DNA of 64,000 nucleotides from Patescibacteria group bacterium. GTDB lineage: Bacteria > Patescibacteriota > Patescibacteriia > Buchananbacterales > UBA6539. The DNA lies in NCBI GenBank assembly GCA_028688055.1, contig JAQTYZ010000005.1, forward strand, positions 8,634-72,633, in the 5' to 3' direction. The position numbers and the translations under genes were made by a program. Numbering within the stretch: the stretch's first letter is position 1; every line of letters begins with the position of its first letter. The notes beneath the pieces are model-generated. The model was not told the DNA's origin, did not search any database, and saw only the letters and a program-made list of their open reading frames with translations. Below are positions 18,011-28,145 of the stretch, piece after piece.

Positions 18011-19600
18011 ATGGCCAATACGAGACCAAAACCAGTGGCGTTAGTAATTATGGATGGGTGGGGTGTTGCCCCTCCCTCAAAAGGTAATGGGGTAACTTTG
18101 GCAAAAAAACCAGTGTTTGATCATTTGGTCACCAATTATCCCGTGATGACGCTGCAGGCATCGGGTGAAGCGGTTGGTTTGTCTTGGGGTGAAATGGGAA
18201 ATTCAGAAGTTGGTCATTTAAATTTAGGTTCGGGAAAAATTGTTTATCAAACGCTGCCGCGAATTAATAAATCAATTGAAGAGGGCACGTTTGGAAAAAA
18301 TGAAGCCTTTGTTAAAGCTTTTAAGCAAGTTACAAAAAATAAAAGTCGTTTGCATCTGATGGGGTTAGTCTCAAACGGCGGGGTTCATTCTCATCAAAAT
18401 CATTTGTACGCTTTGTTAGATGCTTGTAAAAAACAAAATTTAACTGAGGTATACATTCATGCTTTTTTAGATGGTCGTGACACGTCAAAAGATGGCGGTC
18501 TTAATTTTATTAAGCAATTACAGGCTAAAATTGATGAAGTCAAGATCGGTAAAATTGCTTCGTTGTCAGGACGATTCTACGCGATGGATCGTGATAATCG
18601 CTGGGATCGCGAAGAAAAGGCCTATCACACGATTGCTTTAGGAACAGGTGAGGCAAAAAATGATGATCCACTGACGGCCATTCAAAAGTCTTATCAAAAT
18701 AACGTGTTTGATGAAGAATTTATTCCAACGGTCATTACTTCAGGCGGGAAGCCGACCGCGGTTGTTGAAGATGGTGATGCCATAATATTTTTTAATTTTA
18801 GAGCTGATCGCGCCAGACAGTTAACGGCCGCGTTTACCGTTCCCGGTTTTGATAAATTTAAAAGGGAAAAATTTTTTAAGAATCTTGCCTTTATAACTTT
18901 AACCGAATACGAGAAAGATTTGCCGGTTGAGGTCGCTTTTCCACCGTCATTGATTGAAAAACCTTTGGCCCGAATTATTGAAGAAAAAAATTTGACGCAG
19001 CTTCACGCCGCGGAAACCGAAAAGTATGCCCACGTGACTTTCTTTTTTAACGGTGGCCGAGAAGAACCTTTTAAGGGCGAGGATCGAATCTTGGTTCCGT
19101 CACCAGCAGTGCCAACTTATGATCAGAAGCCGGAAATGAGTGCCGCGGCAATGAACGCCAAGCTTTTACCATTGGTCAAAGAAAGCAAACACGATTTTAT
19201 TGTGGTTAATTATGCCAATCCGGATATGGTCGGGCATACCGGTGTCATACCGGCAACGGTCAAAGCCATTGAAACGACTGATAAATGTGTCGGCGATTTG
19301 GTCAATGCCATTTTAGGCGTTGGCGGAATTTGCTTGATAACCGCGGATCATGGCAATGCGGAGGAACTAATTAATCTTCAGACCGGCGAAGTGGACAAAG
19401 AACACAGTACCAATCCGGTGCCTTTTATCGTGGTGGGTCGTCGCTGGGAAGGTCAGACGTTAACTGGCGGGGTTGATAGTTTTGGCAGTGATTTGAGCGT
19501 CATTACGCCATCGGGGATGTTAGCCGATATTTCGCCAACGATTTTGAAAATAATGGAAATTGACCAACCTCAGGAAATGACCGGCAGCGCTTTAATATAA
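18011..19600 (+). CDS. gpmI: 2,3-bisphosphoglycerate-independent phosphoglycerate mutase (copy 2, diverged tandem paralogue)
   Basis: LVIMDGWGVA, NSEVGHLNLGSGKIVYQ, ADHGNAE. Collinear with copy 1 at roughly half the residues. Starts 1 nt after the copy-1 stop. Confidence 0.9.
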   Translation: MANTRPKPVALVIMDGWGVAPPSKGNGVTLAKKPVFDHLVTNYPVMTLQASGEAVGLSWGEMGNSEVGHLNLGSGKIVYQTLPRINKSIEEGTFGKNEAFVKAFKQVTKNKSRLHLMGLVSNGGVHSHQNHLYALLDACKKQNLTEVYIHAFLDGRDTSKDGGLNFIKQLQAKIDEVKIGKIASLSGRFYAMDRDNRWDREEKAYHTIALGTGEAKNDDPLTAIQKSYQNNVFDEEFIPTVITSGGKPTAVVEDGDAIIFFNFRADRARQLTAAFTVPGFDKFKREKFFKNLAFITLTEYEKDLPVEVAFPPSLIEKPLARIIEEKNLTQLHAAETEKYAHVTFFFNGGREEPFKGEDRILVPSPAVPTYDQKPEMSAAAMNAKLLPLVKESKHDFIVVNYANPDMVGHTGVIPATVKAIETTDKCVGDLVNAILGVGGICLITADHGNAEELINLQTGEVDKEHSTNPVPFIVVGRRWEGQTLTGGVDSFGSDLSVITPSGMLADISPTILKIMEIDQPQEMTGSALI

Positions 19601-19657
19601 ATTTTAATTTATTTTTTTAAACTTGCCAAAGAGGCATTTTTTTGTTTAAATTAGTTT

Positions 19658-21148
19658 ATGAACGATGCAGTAAAAGAAAGAATTTTGGAGATGATTCCGG
19701 GTATTTTGGTTTGGCTGACGTTTTTAGGAATTATCACGTTATCCTTTGCAAAGCCCTTATGGGCTATTTATTTTATTATTGCTTTTGATTTATATTGGTT
19801 ATTGCGGATTTCGTATATGTTAATTTATCTTTTAACGTCTTGGTTTAGATTCAGACGGGATAAAAAGATTGATTGGTATGCGTTGGTTAAACAGTCAGTG
19901 CAGTATCAGGACTATTACCATTTAATTTTTTTGCCCACTTTCAAGGAGCCATATCAGATTGTCGAAAAACCTTTTTTGGCGTTGTGCCAATCTAACTATG
20001 ATTTAAAAAAATTTATCGTGGTGTTAGCCGGTGAAGAAAGAGATCAGGATAATTTTTTGGAAATAGCGAAAAATATTGAACAAAATTTTGGTAATAAGTT
20101 TTTTAATTTTATGGTTACGGTTCACCCGCGCGACGTTGAAGGTGAGCTACCGGGCAAAGGTTCAAATACTAATTATTCAGCGCGGCAAGCTCAACGATAT
20201 ATTGATGAACTTGGTTTTGATTATTCAAAAATTATTGTTTCAAATTTTGATATTGATACCTGCGTTCACGATCAGTATTTTGCTTATTTAACATATAAAT
20301 TTTTGCATCATCCTAATCCGACTCACGCCAGTTATCAACCCATTGCCATTTATAATAATAATGTTTGGGAGTCGAATCCAATTGTTCGAGTGGTGGCGAG
20401 CTCGACTACTTTTTGGCTGTTTACTGATTTGTCTCGGCCAGAACGACTTTTTACTTTTTCGTCGCACAGTATGAGTTTTCAGGCCTTAGTGGATGTCGGG
20501 TTTTGGGATAAAACGATTGTTACCGAAGATTCAAGAATTTTTTTACAATGTTTAATTAAATACGACGGCGATTACCAGACGGTGCCGATGTATCTACCGG
20601 TCTATATGAATACCGTTGACATCGGCGACTTTTGGCGCAGCTTAGTTAATCAATATAAGCAAATGAGGCGCTGGGCCTGGGGCGTCGAACATTTTCCCTA
20701 TATGGTAAAGCAGTTTTGGTTCAAAACTGGCGAGGGTCGCGCCGTACCGTTGCTGAAGAAAATATATTATTTATGGAACCAGACGGAAGGTGTTTATTCG
20801 TGGGCCACGGCGCCAATTGTAATTTTGATTGCCGGCTATTTACCATTGTGGTTAGCGTCGACCAATGATCGGGCCACGGCTTTATTCCAAAATGCACCCC
20901 ATGTCTTATCTTGGTTAATGAGATTATCAATGGGTGGCATGATTATTATTGCACTGCTTTATACCTTAATGCTTCCGCCCAGGCCAAAACATTTATCGGC
21001 TAAATATTATTTATTGATGCTGGCTCAATGGTTGATGGTTCCGGTGACTTTAATACTATTTGGTTCAATGCCGGCGACCGATGCCCAAACTAGATTAATG
21101 CTAGGCGGTAAATTTCGTTTAGGTTTTTGGGTAACCGAAAAAAAATAA
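19658..21148 (+). CDS. membrane-embedded processive family-2 glycosyltransferase (cellulose/chitin-synthase-like)
   Basis: Multiple TM helices flanking a cytoplasmic domain with D..DxD, TED (IVTEDSRIF) and Q(M)RRW (QYKQMRRWAWG) motifs. Confidence 0.6.
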   Translation: MNDAVKERILEMIPGILVWLTFLGIITLSFAKPLWAIYFIIAFDLYWLLRISYMLIYLLTSWFRFRRDKKIDWYALVKQSVQYQDYYHLIFLPTFKEPYQIVEKPFLALCQSNYDLKKFIVVLAGEERDQDNFLEIAKNIEQNFGNKFFNFMVTVHPRDVEGELPGKGSNTNYSARQAQRYIDELGFDYSKIIVSNFDIDTCVHDQYFAYLTYKFLHHPNPTHASYQPIAIYNNNVWESNPIVRVVASSTTFWLFTDLSRPERLFTFSSHSMSFQALVDVGFWDKTIVTEDSRIFLQCLIKYDGDYQTVPMYLPVYMNTVDIGDFWRSLVNQYKQMRRWAWGVEHFPYMVKQFWFKTGEGRAVPLLKKIYYLWNQTEGVYSWATAPIVILIAGYLPLWLASTNDRATALFQNAPHVLSWLMRLSMGGMIIIALLYTLMLPPRPKHLSAKYYLLMLAQWLMVPVTLILFGSMPATDAQTRLMLGGKFRLGFWVTEKK

Positions 21149-21151
21149 CAT

Positions 21152-22180
21152 ATGGCAAAAGTCTCAGTCCAAATTGTTACCTGGAATTCGATGCGATATA
21201 TTTTTGATTGCATTGAATCACTGATGCGTCAAAGTTATCGAGATTTTTCGATTATGATTATTGATAATGGTTCCGACGATAAGACGGTTGAATTTGTTAG
21301 GACAAATTATCCAACTGTTTCGGTTTTGCAAAACTTTAGAAATTTAGGCTATGCCAAAGCTAATAACCAGGGAATTCATTTAGCCAGCGGTGAGTATGTC
21401 TTAGTTGTAAACCCCGACGTTATTTTGGAGGATGATTTTTTAGAACAGCTTGTCCAATCAGCCGACCGTCATCCTGAGGCTGGCAGCTTCGCTGGTAAAA
21501 TTTTAAAACTAACCACGGAGGCGATTGATGGCAATGATGAAGCCGGATTGCGCGAAGCCATCAAATCTGATTTTTTTGATTGTGCTGGCTTGACCATAAA
21601 AAAAAGTCGGACCGCAATAAATCGAGGTGAAGGCAGTAAAGACGTTGGACAGTTTAATCGAGCCGAAGAAGTTTTTGGTCACTCCGGTGCTTGTGTATTG
21701 TTTCGTAAGTCAGCTCTAAACGACGTGATGATAAAAAATGAATTTTTTGATCAGAATTTTGGTTCTTATAAAGAGGACGTTGACTTAGCGTGGCGCTTAA
21801 GGCTGTATGGCTTTTCCGCTTGGTATATACCGTCCGCCGTTTGCTATCATTATCGGCGCTTGGCGGTCAGTAGTGGCAACAGCTTAAGGGCGATTATTAA
21901 ACATCGTCGACAGACGTCAACGGTTTTACGTTCAATGTCATTTCGAAATCAGCGCTTGATGTTAATTAAAAACGATCAGTTCTCTAATATTATCGCGGCG
22001 CTGCCATGGATTCTAACTCGCGAAATTACCGCTTTTATTTATAGTTTATTGTTTGAAAGATTTGAGATTAAAAATTATTTTGAAGTTATAAAATTGTTTC
22101 CAACGATGATGATAAAAAGAAAAGTTATTATGGCGCATAAAAAAGTTACGGCAAATGACATAAGGAGGTGGTTTAAATAG
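21152..22180 (+). CDS. glycosyltransferase family 2
   Basis: VSVQIVTWNSMRYIFDCIESL...IIDNGSDDKT and DxD-type motifs. Confidence 0.8.
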   Translation: MAKVSVQIVTWNSMRYIFDCIESLMRQSYRDFSIMIIDNGSDDKTVEFVRTNYPTVSVLQNFRNLGYAKANNQGIHLASGEYVLVVNPDVILEDDFLEQLVQSADRHPEAGSFAGKILKLTTEAIDGNDEAGLREAIKSDFFDCAGLTIKKSRTAINRGEGSKDVGQFNRAEEVFGHSGACVLFRKSALNDVMIKNEFFDQNFGSYKEDVDLAWRLRLYGFSAWYIPSAVCYHYRRLAVSSGNSLRAIIKHRRQTSTVLRSMSFRNQRLMLIKNDQFSNIIAALPWILTREITAFIYSLLFERFEIKNYFEVIKLFPTMMIKRKVIMAHKKVTANDIRRWFK

Positions 22181-22182
22181 AT

Positions 22183-23055
22183 ATGGATTTATCAATTGTT
22201 ATCTTGAATTACAAACAGCAAGGCTTAGTCAAGCAATGTATCAGGGGGATCGTGACGGCCAGGCCTCAGCTTAGTTATGAGCTGATCGTGGTTGATAACA
22301 ATTCCGGTGACAACTGTTTAGAAATGGTCAAGTCGATGTTCGACCCGCGGGTTATTAATGACCCAAACCAGCCCAAATTGCCATTGCCTGAAAGCTTAAG
22401 TATTCCTAAGATTGTGACTATTGATGCTAAAAGTAATGGTGGTTTTGCGGTTGGTAATAACATCGGCATCAGCGCCGCGGCAGGAAAGTACGTTATGATT
22501 TTGAATCCTGACATTGCCGTTGTTCCAGGCGCCATTGAGACAATGTTTAAGTATATGGAGCAAAATGAAAATGTTGGAATCTTGGGACCGAAGTTAACTA
22601 ATCCAGACGGTTCCGTCCAATATTCCTGCCGCCGTTTTCCAAATTTTTTAACGCCCTTATTCAGGCGAACAATTTTAGGAAACTTAACAATGGCAAGAAA
22701 ATGGGTTGGCAGTTATTTAATGCAGGATTTTGACCATCACAAAACTCGCGAGGTTGATTGGTTATTCGGTGCCTGCTTGTTTATTCGAAAGTCGGTCCTG
22801 GAAAAGGTAGGAAGTTTTGATGAAAATTTTTTTATGTATTTTGAAGATTTGGATCTTTGCCGCCGCGTTTGGGAAGCTGGGTTTAAAGTGGTTTATGTTG
22901 TGAACACTGAAATGGTTCATTACCATAGTCGCTTATCGGCGGAACGAAGCGGTATCCTGGGGGTCTTTAGTCGCGGCGGGCGAATTCATTTAATTTCTGG
23001 TTTGAAATATTTTTTAAAATATTGGCGTAAGCCTTGGCCAGTTAATAATTTGTAG
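22183..23055 (+). CDS. glycosyltransferase family 2
   Basis: LSIVILNYKQQGLVKQCI...VVDNNSGD, FEDLDL motif. Confidence 0.8.
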   Translation: MDLSIVILNYKQQGLVKQCIRGIVTARPQLSYELIVVDNNSGDNCLEMVKSMFDPRVINDPNQPKLPLPESLSIPKIVTIDAKSNGGFAVGNNIGISAAAGKYVMILNPDIAVVPGAIETMFKYMEQNENVGILGPKLTNPDGSVQYSCRRFPNFLTPLFRRTILGNLTMARKWVGSYLMQDFDHHKTREVDWLFGACLFIRKSVLEKVGSFDENFFMYFEDLDLCRRVWEAGFKVVYVVNTEMVHYHSRLSAERSGILGVFSRGGRIHLISGLKYFLKYWRKPWPVNNL

Positions 23056-23112
23056 ACTGGACAAAACTCTGATTTTTCATTAGAATTAATTTGCTCAACA
23101 TTAGATTGATTT

Positions 23113-24120
23113 ATGTTAATTAAGAAAATTGGAATCGATTTAGGAACGACAAATTCTTTGGTTTATGTACCGAAGCGGGGTATTGTTATTAATGAACCGT
23201 CCGTCGTTGCCGTGTCGATGATTGATAAAAAGATTTTAGCCGTTGGCGTCGAGGCCAAAGAAATGCTGGGTCGCACGCCTGATACGATCGTGGCGGTGAG
23301 GCCGTTGAAAGACGGAGTAATTGCCGACTACAAAACCACAGCAGCGATGTTGCGTTATTTCGTCAATAAAGCCTTGGGCGGAGTGAGATTATTTAGGCCA
23401 GAAGTGATGGTGGCTGTGCCAGCGGGAATTACTTCAACGGAAAGACGAGCGGTCATTGATGCCACAATTGCGGCCGGCGCTAAGGCCGCTTATATCATCA
23501 AAGAACCAATCGTGGCGGCGATCGGCGCTGATATTCCGATTGGCTCGCCGAGTGGTCATATGATTATTGATATTGGTGGTGGGACATCAGAAATGGCGGT
23601 TATTTCCTTAGGCGGAATTGTCGCCTCAACTTCGGTTAGAATTGGGGGAAACCGTTTTGACGCCGCTATTGCTGAATATATTAGACGAAAATATAATTTA
23701 GCAATTGGCGAACGAACGGCCGAGCGGATCAAAATTGATATTGGTTCGGCGATGTATATGGAAGAGCGTTTAAGCGAAGAGGTTCGTGGTCGAGATATCA
23801 TTACGGGTTTGCCAAAAACAATTACGGTCACGTCAGATGACATTACCGACGCCATTCAAGTTGAGCTCGAAGGGATCGTTCAGGCCGTTAAAGATGTGCT
23901 TCATAAAACGCCACCGGAATTATCGGCCGATGTCATTGATAAAGGTATTATTATGTCGGGCGGTTCAAGCCTACTTAGAAATATTGATCAACTTATTACT
24001 CAAGTTACTGGTGTTTCAGCCTATGTTGCCGATGAAGCTTTATACTGTGTCGCGAAAGGCACTGGTATTGCATTAGAAAATCTCGAAAGCTACAAGCGAA
24101 GTATTTTGGCGATTAAGTAG
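23113..24120 (+). CDS. mreB: actin-like rod-shape protein MreB (stand-alone paralogue)
   Basis: IGIDLGTTNSLVYV phosphate-1 motif, full-length MreB similarity. Confidence 0.85.
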   Translation: MLIKKIGIDLGTTNSLVYVPKRGIVINEPSVVAVSMIDKKILAVGVEAKEMLGRTPDTIVAVRPLKDGVIADYKTTAAMLRYFVNKALGGVRLFRPEVMVAVPAGITSTERRAVIDATIAAGAKAAYIIKEPIVAAIGADIPIGSPSGHMIIDIGGGTSEMAVISLGGIVASTSVRIGGNRFDAAIAEYIRRKYNLAIGERTAERIKIDIGSAMYMEERLSEEVRGRDIITGLPKTITVTSDDITDAIQVELEGIVQAVKDVLHKTPPELSADVIDKGIIMSGGSSLLRNIDQLITQVTGVSAYVADEALYCVAKGTGIALENLESYKRSILAIK

Positions 24121-24375
24121 ATTTATAATTTGGCCAGATTATCGGTGCCTCTGCCATTATTAAATCGTCGGAAGGGCGTCTGCTTGCTTGGTCGCGGTCA
24201 TATCGTCATCCTGAATTCATTTCAGGATCTCTGAGATGCTGAACCCACCGCCACGGCGGGGCAAGCAAGTTCGGCATGACAATGCTTGATGAGGTTATAT
24301 CTCAGAAGAGTTTGCAGCTCTAAAACCCGCCGGGTCAACTAAAGGAGTCATTCGACTTTTTTTTACCGAAAAGCA

Positions 24376-25416
24376 TTGATTTGGTATAATATACCTATGA
24401 CAAAACTCGGGATTTTTTTTGGTAAACTCAATCGTTGGCTAAAGTTTTTAGCCGTTGTTTTAATATTGATCGGTATTTGGTCTTCACTTTTTAGCTTAAA
24501 TTACGCTCCGACTCATACCGAATATGGTGTGACATTTAGCGATAAATATGCCAAAGATTTAGGTTTAGATTGGCAGTCGGCCTATTTAGCGATGTTGGAT
24601 GAGTTAAAAGTTAATAATGTTCGGCTAATTGCCTATTGGGATGACATTGAGGCCACTCAAGATAATTTTGATTTTACAAATTTAGATTGGCAGGTAAGTG
24701 AGGCGAGTAAGCGCAACGTCAATATTATTTTAGCGGTTGGACGCCGTGCGCCGCGTTGGCCGGAATGTCATGATCCGGCCTGGCTGTCAAATTTAGCCGT
24801 GACCGCTATTGAACAACAACAGCTCGATTTTATTCAGCGAGTTATCAATCGCTACAAAGACAATCCGCTAATTAAAAATTGGCAAGTTGAGAACGAACCA
24901 TTATTTGGTTGGTTTGGTAACTGCCCAAAGCCGAGTAAAATTTTTTTAACACAAGAAGTTGATTCAGTTAGACTTAATGATTCAAGACAAATCATTTTGA
25001 CCGACAGCGGTGAGCTTAATACTTGGCAAGGTGCGGCTAGTCGATCAGATATTTTAGGCATCACGATGTACCGCATTGTTTGGAATAACTATTTAGGGTT
25101 TTGGGATTATTGGTTTGTGCCGCCGGCAATTTATCATTTTAAAGCGGAAATTACTAAATGGTTTCATCCTAATTTGCAAAAAATAATTGTGACGGAATTG
25201 CAAATGGAACCTTGGACCTTAAATAAGCGGATGGTTGATTTAACCTATGACGAGCAACTTCAATCTTTTTCCTTGAGACGATTTAATGACAACATTAGCT
25301 ATGTGAAAAAGGCAGGGTTTAGTGATGTATATTTTTGGGGGGTGGAATATTGGTATTGGCTGAGCCAACAAGGTCATCCGGAGCTCTGGCAGCAGGCAAA
25401 AACACTCTGGCAGTAG
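24376..25416 (+). CDS. membrane-anchored clan GH-A glycoside hydrolase-like protein (TIM barrel)
   Basis: N-terminal TM. WQVENEPLF (acid/base NEP) and IVTELQMEPW (nucleophile Glu) spaced as in GH5/GH26/GH113-type enzymes. Confidence 0.5.
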   Translation: MIWYNIPMTKLGIFFGKLNRWLKFLAVVLILIGIWSSLFSLNYAPTHTEYGVTFSDKYAKDLGLDWQSAYLAMLDELKVNNVRLIAYWDDIEATQDNFDFTNLDWQVSEASKRNVNIILAVGRRAPRWPECHDPAWLSNLAVTAIEQQQLDFIQRVINRYKDNPLIKNWQVENEPLFGWFGNCPKPSKIFLTQEVDSVRLNDSRQIILTDSGELNTWQGAASRSDILGITMYRIVWNNYLGFWDYWFVPPAIYHFKAEITKWFHPNLQKIIVTELQMEPWTLNKRMVDLTYDEQLQSFSLRRFNDNISYVKKAGFSDVYFWGVEYWYWLSQQGHPELWQQAKTLWQ

Positions 25417-25498
25417 GTAATAGACATCTTTGTATTTTTCATCTAAATGTGTTATAATTTAGGCTTGCTAAATGATGATTTTGTGATAAAATGTAGCC

Positions 25499-26527
25499 AT
25501 GTCTAAATCGCTGACGGATCGGTTTAGTTGGTCAATAATTGGCCACTCTAAGGTAGTAAATTTTTTGCAGCATTCGCTTGTGAATAGTCAAGTTGCACAG
25601 GCTTATTTGTTTGTTGGGCAAAATCAGGTTGGAAAATCAACGGTGGCAAGAAATTTTGTGGATTCATTGGTATGTCAGAACGTTGATAAGTCGGTGATGC
25701 CTATTCCTTGCTTGCAGTGTGAGTCATGTCGGCAGGCCGTTAAAAGGATTCACCCGGATATTTATTGGGTTGGGTTAGAACTGAACGAAAAAACTGGTAA
25801 GCTAAAGAAAAATATCAGCGTGGAGCAAATTAGAAAACTGCAAAATAAGCTGAGTCTTCATTCTTTTTTAGATACCTATAAGGTGGTGGTTATTGAAAAT
25901 GCCGATTTGCTCAGTCTTGAAGGGGCAAATTCACTGTTGAAAACCTTGGAAGAGCCAACGGCTAAAACGGTTTTAATACTGCTTTGCACTAATATTTCGT
26001 TGGTGCCGTCAACGATTGTTTCAAGGTGTCAAATATTAAGATTTTTACCAGTGAGTAATTCGGAAATTTATCGGGCGCTGCTTAAACGTAAGGTAGAAGA
26101 TAAAAAAGCCAAAGCGATTGCGGCGGTGGCATACGGCTTGCCTGGGGCAAGCCTGTCATTAGTTGAAAATTCTAATGATTACCTGGAAATTAAAAATGAA
26201 GGTTTAAATTTTTTGACCTTACTTAAAGCCGACGTCAGCCAGCGGTTAAAGCTTTTAGATGGAATGTTTGATTTTTCCAACCAGCATCAGATGAGAAAAG
26301 TCCTGTCGAACTGGAAAAAGATTTTAAGAGATATTTTTTTAATTAATAGCAACTGTGAAATGTTGATTGGTAATGCCGCGCTTTATTCGGAATTGGTGAA
26401 TGCCTCTGATAAACTTAAAAATGAGAAAATTATTTCAGACCTCACCAACATTGATTCCAGTCTGCAATATTTAAATGAAAATTTAAATTCAAGGTTAGTT
26501 ATTGAAAATTTAGTTTTAAATTTTTAA
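25499..26527 (+). CDS. holB: DNA polymerase III subunit delta-prime
   Basis: AYLFVGQNQVGKSTVARNF, zinc module CLQCESCRQAV, IHPDIYWV. Confidence 0.8.
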   Translation: MSKSLTDRFSWSIIGHSKVVNFLQHSLVNSQVAQAYLFVGQNQVGKSTVARNFVDSLVCQNVDKSVMPIPCLQCESCRQAVKRIHPDIYWVGLELNEKTGKLKKNISVEQIRKLQNKLSLHSFLDTYKVVVIENADLLSLEGANSLLKTLEEPTAKTVLILLCTNISLVPSTIVSRCQILRFLPVSNSEIYRALLKRKVEDKKAKAIAAVAYGLPGASLSLVENSNDYLEIKNEGLNFLTLLKADVSQRLKLLDGMFDFSNQHQMRKVLSNWKKILRDIFLINSNCEMLIGNAALYSELVNASDKLKNEKIISDLTNIDSSLQYLNENLNSRLVIENLVLNF

Positions 26528-26529
26528 CT

Positions 26530-27582
26530 ATGAAAAAAGCGATTATTGTTTTAGCTTTAGCTTTAATAGCGACAACTGGTTGCACCATTAAATTTGGCTC
26601 AAAACAGCCCCCAGTGATTGCCGGTGTTTTTAAATCTTTCGATAAAGGTAATAATTGGCAGGATAAAAATTTGTTTTTATACTCAGGCGGTACTGGTAGT
26701 ATCGGCGGCGTTAATGTGATTAGTATAAATTTTGATCCCGAGGACAATCGGGCAATTTATTTAACAACGGATACCAGCGGCTTATTTTATAGTTATGACG
26801 GCGGTGATAGTTGGCGTAAGGCCGATCAAATTGGTGATGGCTTGATCCAGTCAGTTGCCATTGATCCAAAAAATAAGTGTGTCATTTATGCTACTTATGC
26901 CAACACCATCTTAAAATCAACTGATTGCAGTCGGACCTGGTCGGAGGTTTATATTGATACCAGAAAAGACAAGCCAATTACTTCCTTAGCGGTTGACCCA
27001 GTTGATAACCTGGTAATTTTTGCCGGTAACAATGCCGGTGATGTGTTTAAGAGCGTTGACGGTGGTGGTAATTGGCAAACGATTTATCGATTAAATAATC
27101 AGATTATGAAGATTATGATTGACGCTAATGATAATCGGACGATATATATTCCGACTAAAAGTGCGGGTATCTTTAAGTCAATCAGCGGCGGCTCTGACTG
27201 GTTTTCAATTAGCGACGGTCTAAACCCTTATTCCGGGGCGAAAGAATATCGAGATTTAATTTTTGATTTAAGCTCGTCGAATTCATTATTGTTGGCCTCA
27301 AAATATGGTTTAATCAAGTCTAACGACGGTGGTCAGACTTGGCAGCCGTTATCGTTGATTACGCCACCGACGTCCGTTGATATTTTAGCAGTTACCATTA
27401 GTCCAAAAAATAACCAAGAAATTTATTATTCCACCGCCTCAACTTTTTATAAGACCGAAGATGGTGGAAAAAATTGGATAACTCGGAGGTTGCCGTCGGC
27501 CGCCGTGGCGAGCTATTTGGTAACTGATCCGCTTGATTCAAGTGTAATCTATCTAGGAATGACTAACCCAAATAAAAAATAA
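26530..27582 (+). CDS. lipoprotein with BNR/Asp-box repeats (beta-propeller, Ycf48-like)
   Basis: Lipobox TGC. Five S/DxDGGxxW repeats (DGGDSWRK, DGGGNWQT, GGSDWFS, DGGQTWQP, DGGKNWIT). Confidence 0.6.
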   Translation: MKKAIIVLALALIATTGCTIKFGSKQPPVIAGVFKSFDKGNNWQDKNLFLYSGGTGSIGGVNVISINFDPEDNRAIYLTTDTSGLFYSYDGGDSWRKADQIGDGLIQSVAIDPKNKCVIYATYANTILKSTDCSRTWSEVYIDTRKDKPITSLAVDPVDNLVIFAGNNAGDVFKSVDGGGNWQTIYRLNNQIMKIMIDANDNRTIYIPTKSAGIFKSISGGSDWFSISDGLNPYSGAKEYRDLIFDLSSSNSLLLASKYGLIKSNDGGQTWQPLSLITPPTSVDILAVTISPKNNQEIYYSTASTFYKTEDGGKNWITRRLPSAAVASYLVTDPLDSSVIYLGMTNPNKK

Positions 27583-27588
27583 ATTAAT

Positions 27589-28143
27589 ATGGAGCAAATT
27601 ATTGATTCACATAAACCGGAATTTGAAAAGATTATCGCCAATCTTAAAGAAGAGCTGTCAACTTTAAGGGTTGGTCGTGCTAATCCTTTGATGGTTGAAA
27701 ATATTATGATTGAGGCGTATGGCTCAAAAATGCCCTTGAAACAAATGGCTTCAATAACGGTACCGGATGCCAGAAATATTTTAATTCAACCTTGGGACAA
27801 GGCGATGTCTAAAGACATTGAGAAGGGAATTATTGTGGCAAAAATTGGCATTAATCCGGTTAATGAAGGTAGTCAGATCAGATTGACTGTTCCGCCCTTA
27901 ACCGAAGAAAGTCGAAAAGAGTTAACCAAATCAGTTGGCGAAAAAATGGAGAAATCCAGGATCGCCATTCGTCAGATTCGCGATAAGGTTAAAGATGAAA
28001 TTATTCAGCAAGAAAAAGCTAAGGCAATCTCCGAGGATATTCGCTATAATTTGCAGGAAAAATTGGATGAATTGGTTAAAAGTTACAACGAAATAATTAA
28101 AGCCACGGGCGAAAAAAAAGAAATTGAAATAATGACATTATAA
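27589..28143 (+). CDS. frr: ribosome recycling factor
   Basis: Full-length RRF similarity (LSTLRVGRANPLMVENIMIEAYG). Confidence 0.95.
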   Translation: MEQIIDSHKPEFEKIIANLKEELSTLRVGRANPLMVENIMIEAYGSKMPLKQMASITVPDARNILIQPWDKAMSKDIEKGIIVAKIGINPVNEGSQIRLTVPPLTEESRKELTKSVGEKMEKSRIAIRQIRDKVKDEIIQQEKAKAISEDIRYNLQEKLDELVKSYNEIIKATGEKKEIEIMTL

Positions 28144-28145
28144 AT

